Shown: piece by piece, positions 63,239 to 64,000 of the stretch
Numbering within the stretch: position 1 is the first letter of the stretch
Layout: each line of letters starts with the position of its first letter
NCBI GenBank assembly: GCA_947085655.1
Contig: CAMTXH010000009.1
Location: 3,738-67,737 of the forward strand
Length of the DNA stretch: 64,000 bases
Reading direction: 5' to 3'
Origin: an uncultured Omnitrophica bacterium
GTDB lineage: Bacteria > Omnitrophota > Gorgyraeia > JACQQV01
Position numbers and translations under genes: made by a program
The notes under the pieces: generated by a model
Told to the model about the DNA's origin: nothing
Databases searched by the model: none
Seen by the model: only the letters and a program-made list of their open reading frames with translations

Positions 63239-64000
63239 ATGCATTCCCATTCCGATGATTATGAAATAAGGCGGAGACAGGTTCTTTTGACCGTCATCGA
63301 GACATTCATCGAGACCGCCCTTCCGGTTGGGTCAAGGGCGGTCACCCAAATGACCGGCTTGAGACTCAGTCCGGCCACGATCCGGAATGTCATGGCGGAG
63401 CTGGAGCAGGAAGGGTATCTGACCCACCCACACACCTCTGCCGGTCGGATTCCGACGGCAAAAGGGTACCGGTTTTATGTGGATGAACTGGTCACCTCCG
63501 AACGCTTGACCGAGTTACAAGAACAGCAAATCGAAGAGGCCTTCCGGCAGAGTGAGATGGTGGAGAAGGCATTGGGACGGGTAGCCAGGGTTCTTGGGGA
63601 GATCACACGACAGGTCGGCGTGGTCCTCTGCCCTCAAACGGGAAGGAGTCTTTTAAAGCGGATTGAACTGATCCCGATGAGAGGAAAAGAGGTCCTGGTG
63701 GTTTTGGTGACCGACGCCGGTGCGGTTGAAAATGCGATTGTGCTGTTGGAAGAAGAGGCGGGGAAAGGAGAACTGGCCCGAATCGCCCATTTTTTGAACA
63801 CGGAACTGATTGATCAGAGTCTTTCGGAGATTCATGAAAACCTTTATCGCCGACTCCTCGACGAAAGAAGCTCGTTCTTCTATGTTTGCAAGCGGGCGAG
63901 GGAAATTCTTGAAAAAAGCGCACTGATGGCGGATGAGGGGGAGCTTCTCCTGGACGGGACCCGGAACATCCTGGAGCATCCGGAATTTCAGCGCTTTGAC
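63239..64000 (+). CDS. hrcA: heat-inducible transcription repressor HrcA (3'-partial, runs off window)
   Basis: SD GGAGG 6 nt before ATG 63239 (alternative in-frame ATG 63215); RRRQVLLTVIETFIETALPVGSRAV...LSPATIRNVMAELEQEGYL...SAGRIPTAKGYRFYVD matches HrcA N-terminal winged-helix region; no stop before 64000. Confidence 0.8.
   Translation, partial: MHSHSDDYEIRRRQVLLTVIETFIETALPVGSRAVTQMTGLRLSPATIRNVMAELEQEGYLTHPHTSAGRIPTAKGYRFYVDELVTSERLTELQEQQIEEAFRQSEMVEKALGRVARVLGEITRQVGVVLCPQTGRSLLKRIELIPMRGKEVLVVLVTDAGAVENAIVLLEEEAGKGELARIAHFLNTELIDQSLSEIHENLYRRLLDERSSFFYVCKRAREILEKSALMADEGELLLDGTRNILEHPEFQRFD

Noticed and set aside
1-64000. Search for CRISPR arrays, tRNA/rRNA genes, transposases, integrases or phage genes
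   Set aside because: No regularly spaced direct repeats, no tRNA-like cloverleaf candidates in the few intergenic gaps, and no ORF with transposase/integrase/recombinase motifs; the GT2 remnant at 11945-12373 is the only hint of past rearrangement.

Overview
This is a high-GC (~58-60%) bacterial window that is almost entirely plus-strand coding. Its core (about 6.2-51.3 kb) is a large exopolysaccharide (EPS) biosynthesis/export locus of the PEP-CTERM/exosortase type.

Components of the locus that I can support from the sequence:
- A Wza-like polysaccharide exporter.
- A Wzz/GumC-like chain-length determinant.
- An ExeA/GspA-like AAA ATPase.
- A BY-kinase (tyrosine autokinase).
- A Wzx flippase and a Wzy/O-antigen-ligase-like polymerase.
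- Many GT2 and GT4 glycosyltransferases, several of them as unusual multi-domain fusions.
- Three NodB-type polysaccharide deacetylase domains.
- An ATP-grasp domain.
- Two tandem paralogous pairs of asparagine-synthetase-like amidotransferase plus GNAT acyltransferase.
- Exosortase (EpsH) and EpsI.
- A sigma-54-promoted operon made of a priming sugar-phosphate transferase followed by three small PEP-CTERM substrate proteins.
- A downstream GAF histidine kinase and a sigma-54-dependent (NtrC-type) response regulator, i.e. a PrsK/PrsR-like pair.

Genes from about 6576 to 43250 are packed with 4-nt start/stop overlaps, so they form one ~36-kb translationally coupled super-operon.

Flanking content:
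- Upstream: a NUDIX-proline dehydrogenase fusion and an ArnT/PMT-like GT-C membrane glycosyltransferase.
- Downstream: LOG-family protein, a CheY-like receiver, miaB, an MFS transporter and miaA.
- A minus-strand block with an S24-peptidase/GNAT/nucleotidyltransferase fusion and a prepilin-type (pseudopilin/PilX-like) operon.
- hflX, then a perfect CIRCE element and the partial hrcA that follows it at the window edge.

I did not find any rRNA, tRNA, CRISPR array, transposase or integrase.

The most notable observation is a canonical PEP-CTERM sorting motif embedded in-frame in an N-terminal extension of the priming glycosyltransferase, immediately downstream of a TGGCAT-N5-TTGC sigma-54 promoter. 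Other unexplained features are a second sigma-54 promoter in front of the whole locus, helically phased upstream repeats, a terminator/antiterminator-like leader in front of the pilin operon, and recurring intergenic motifs.
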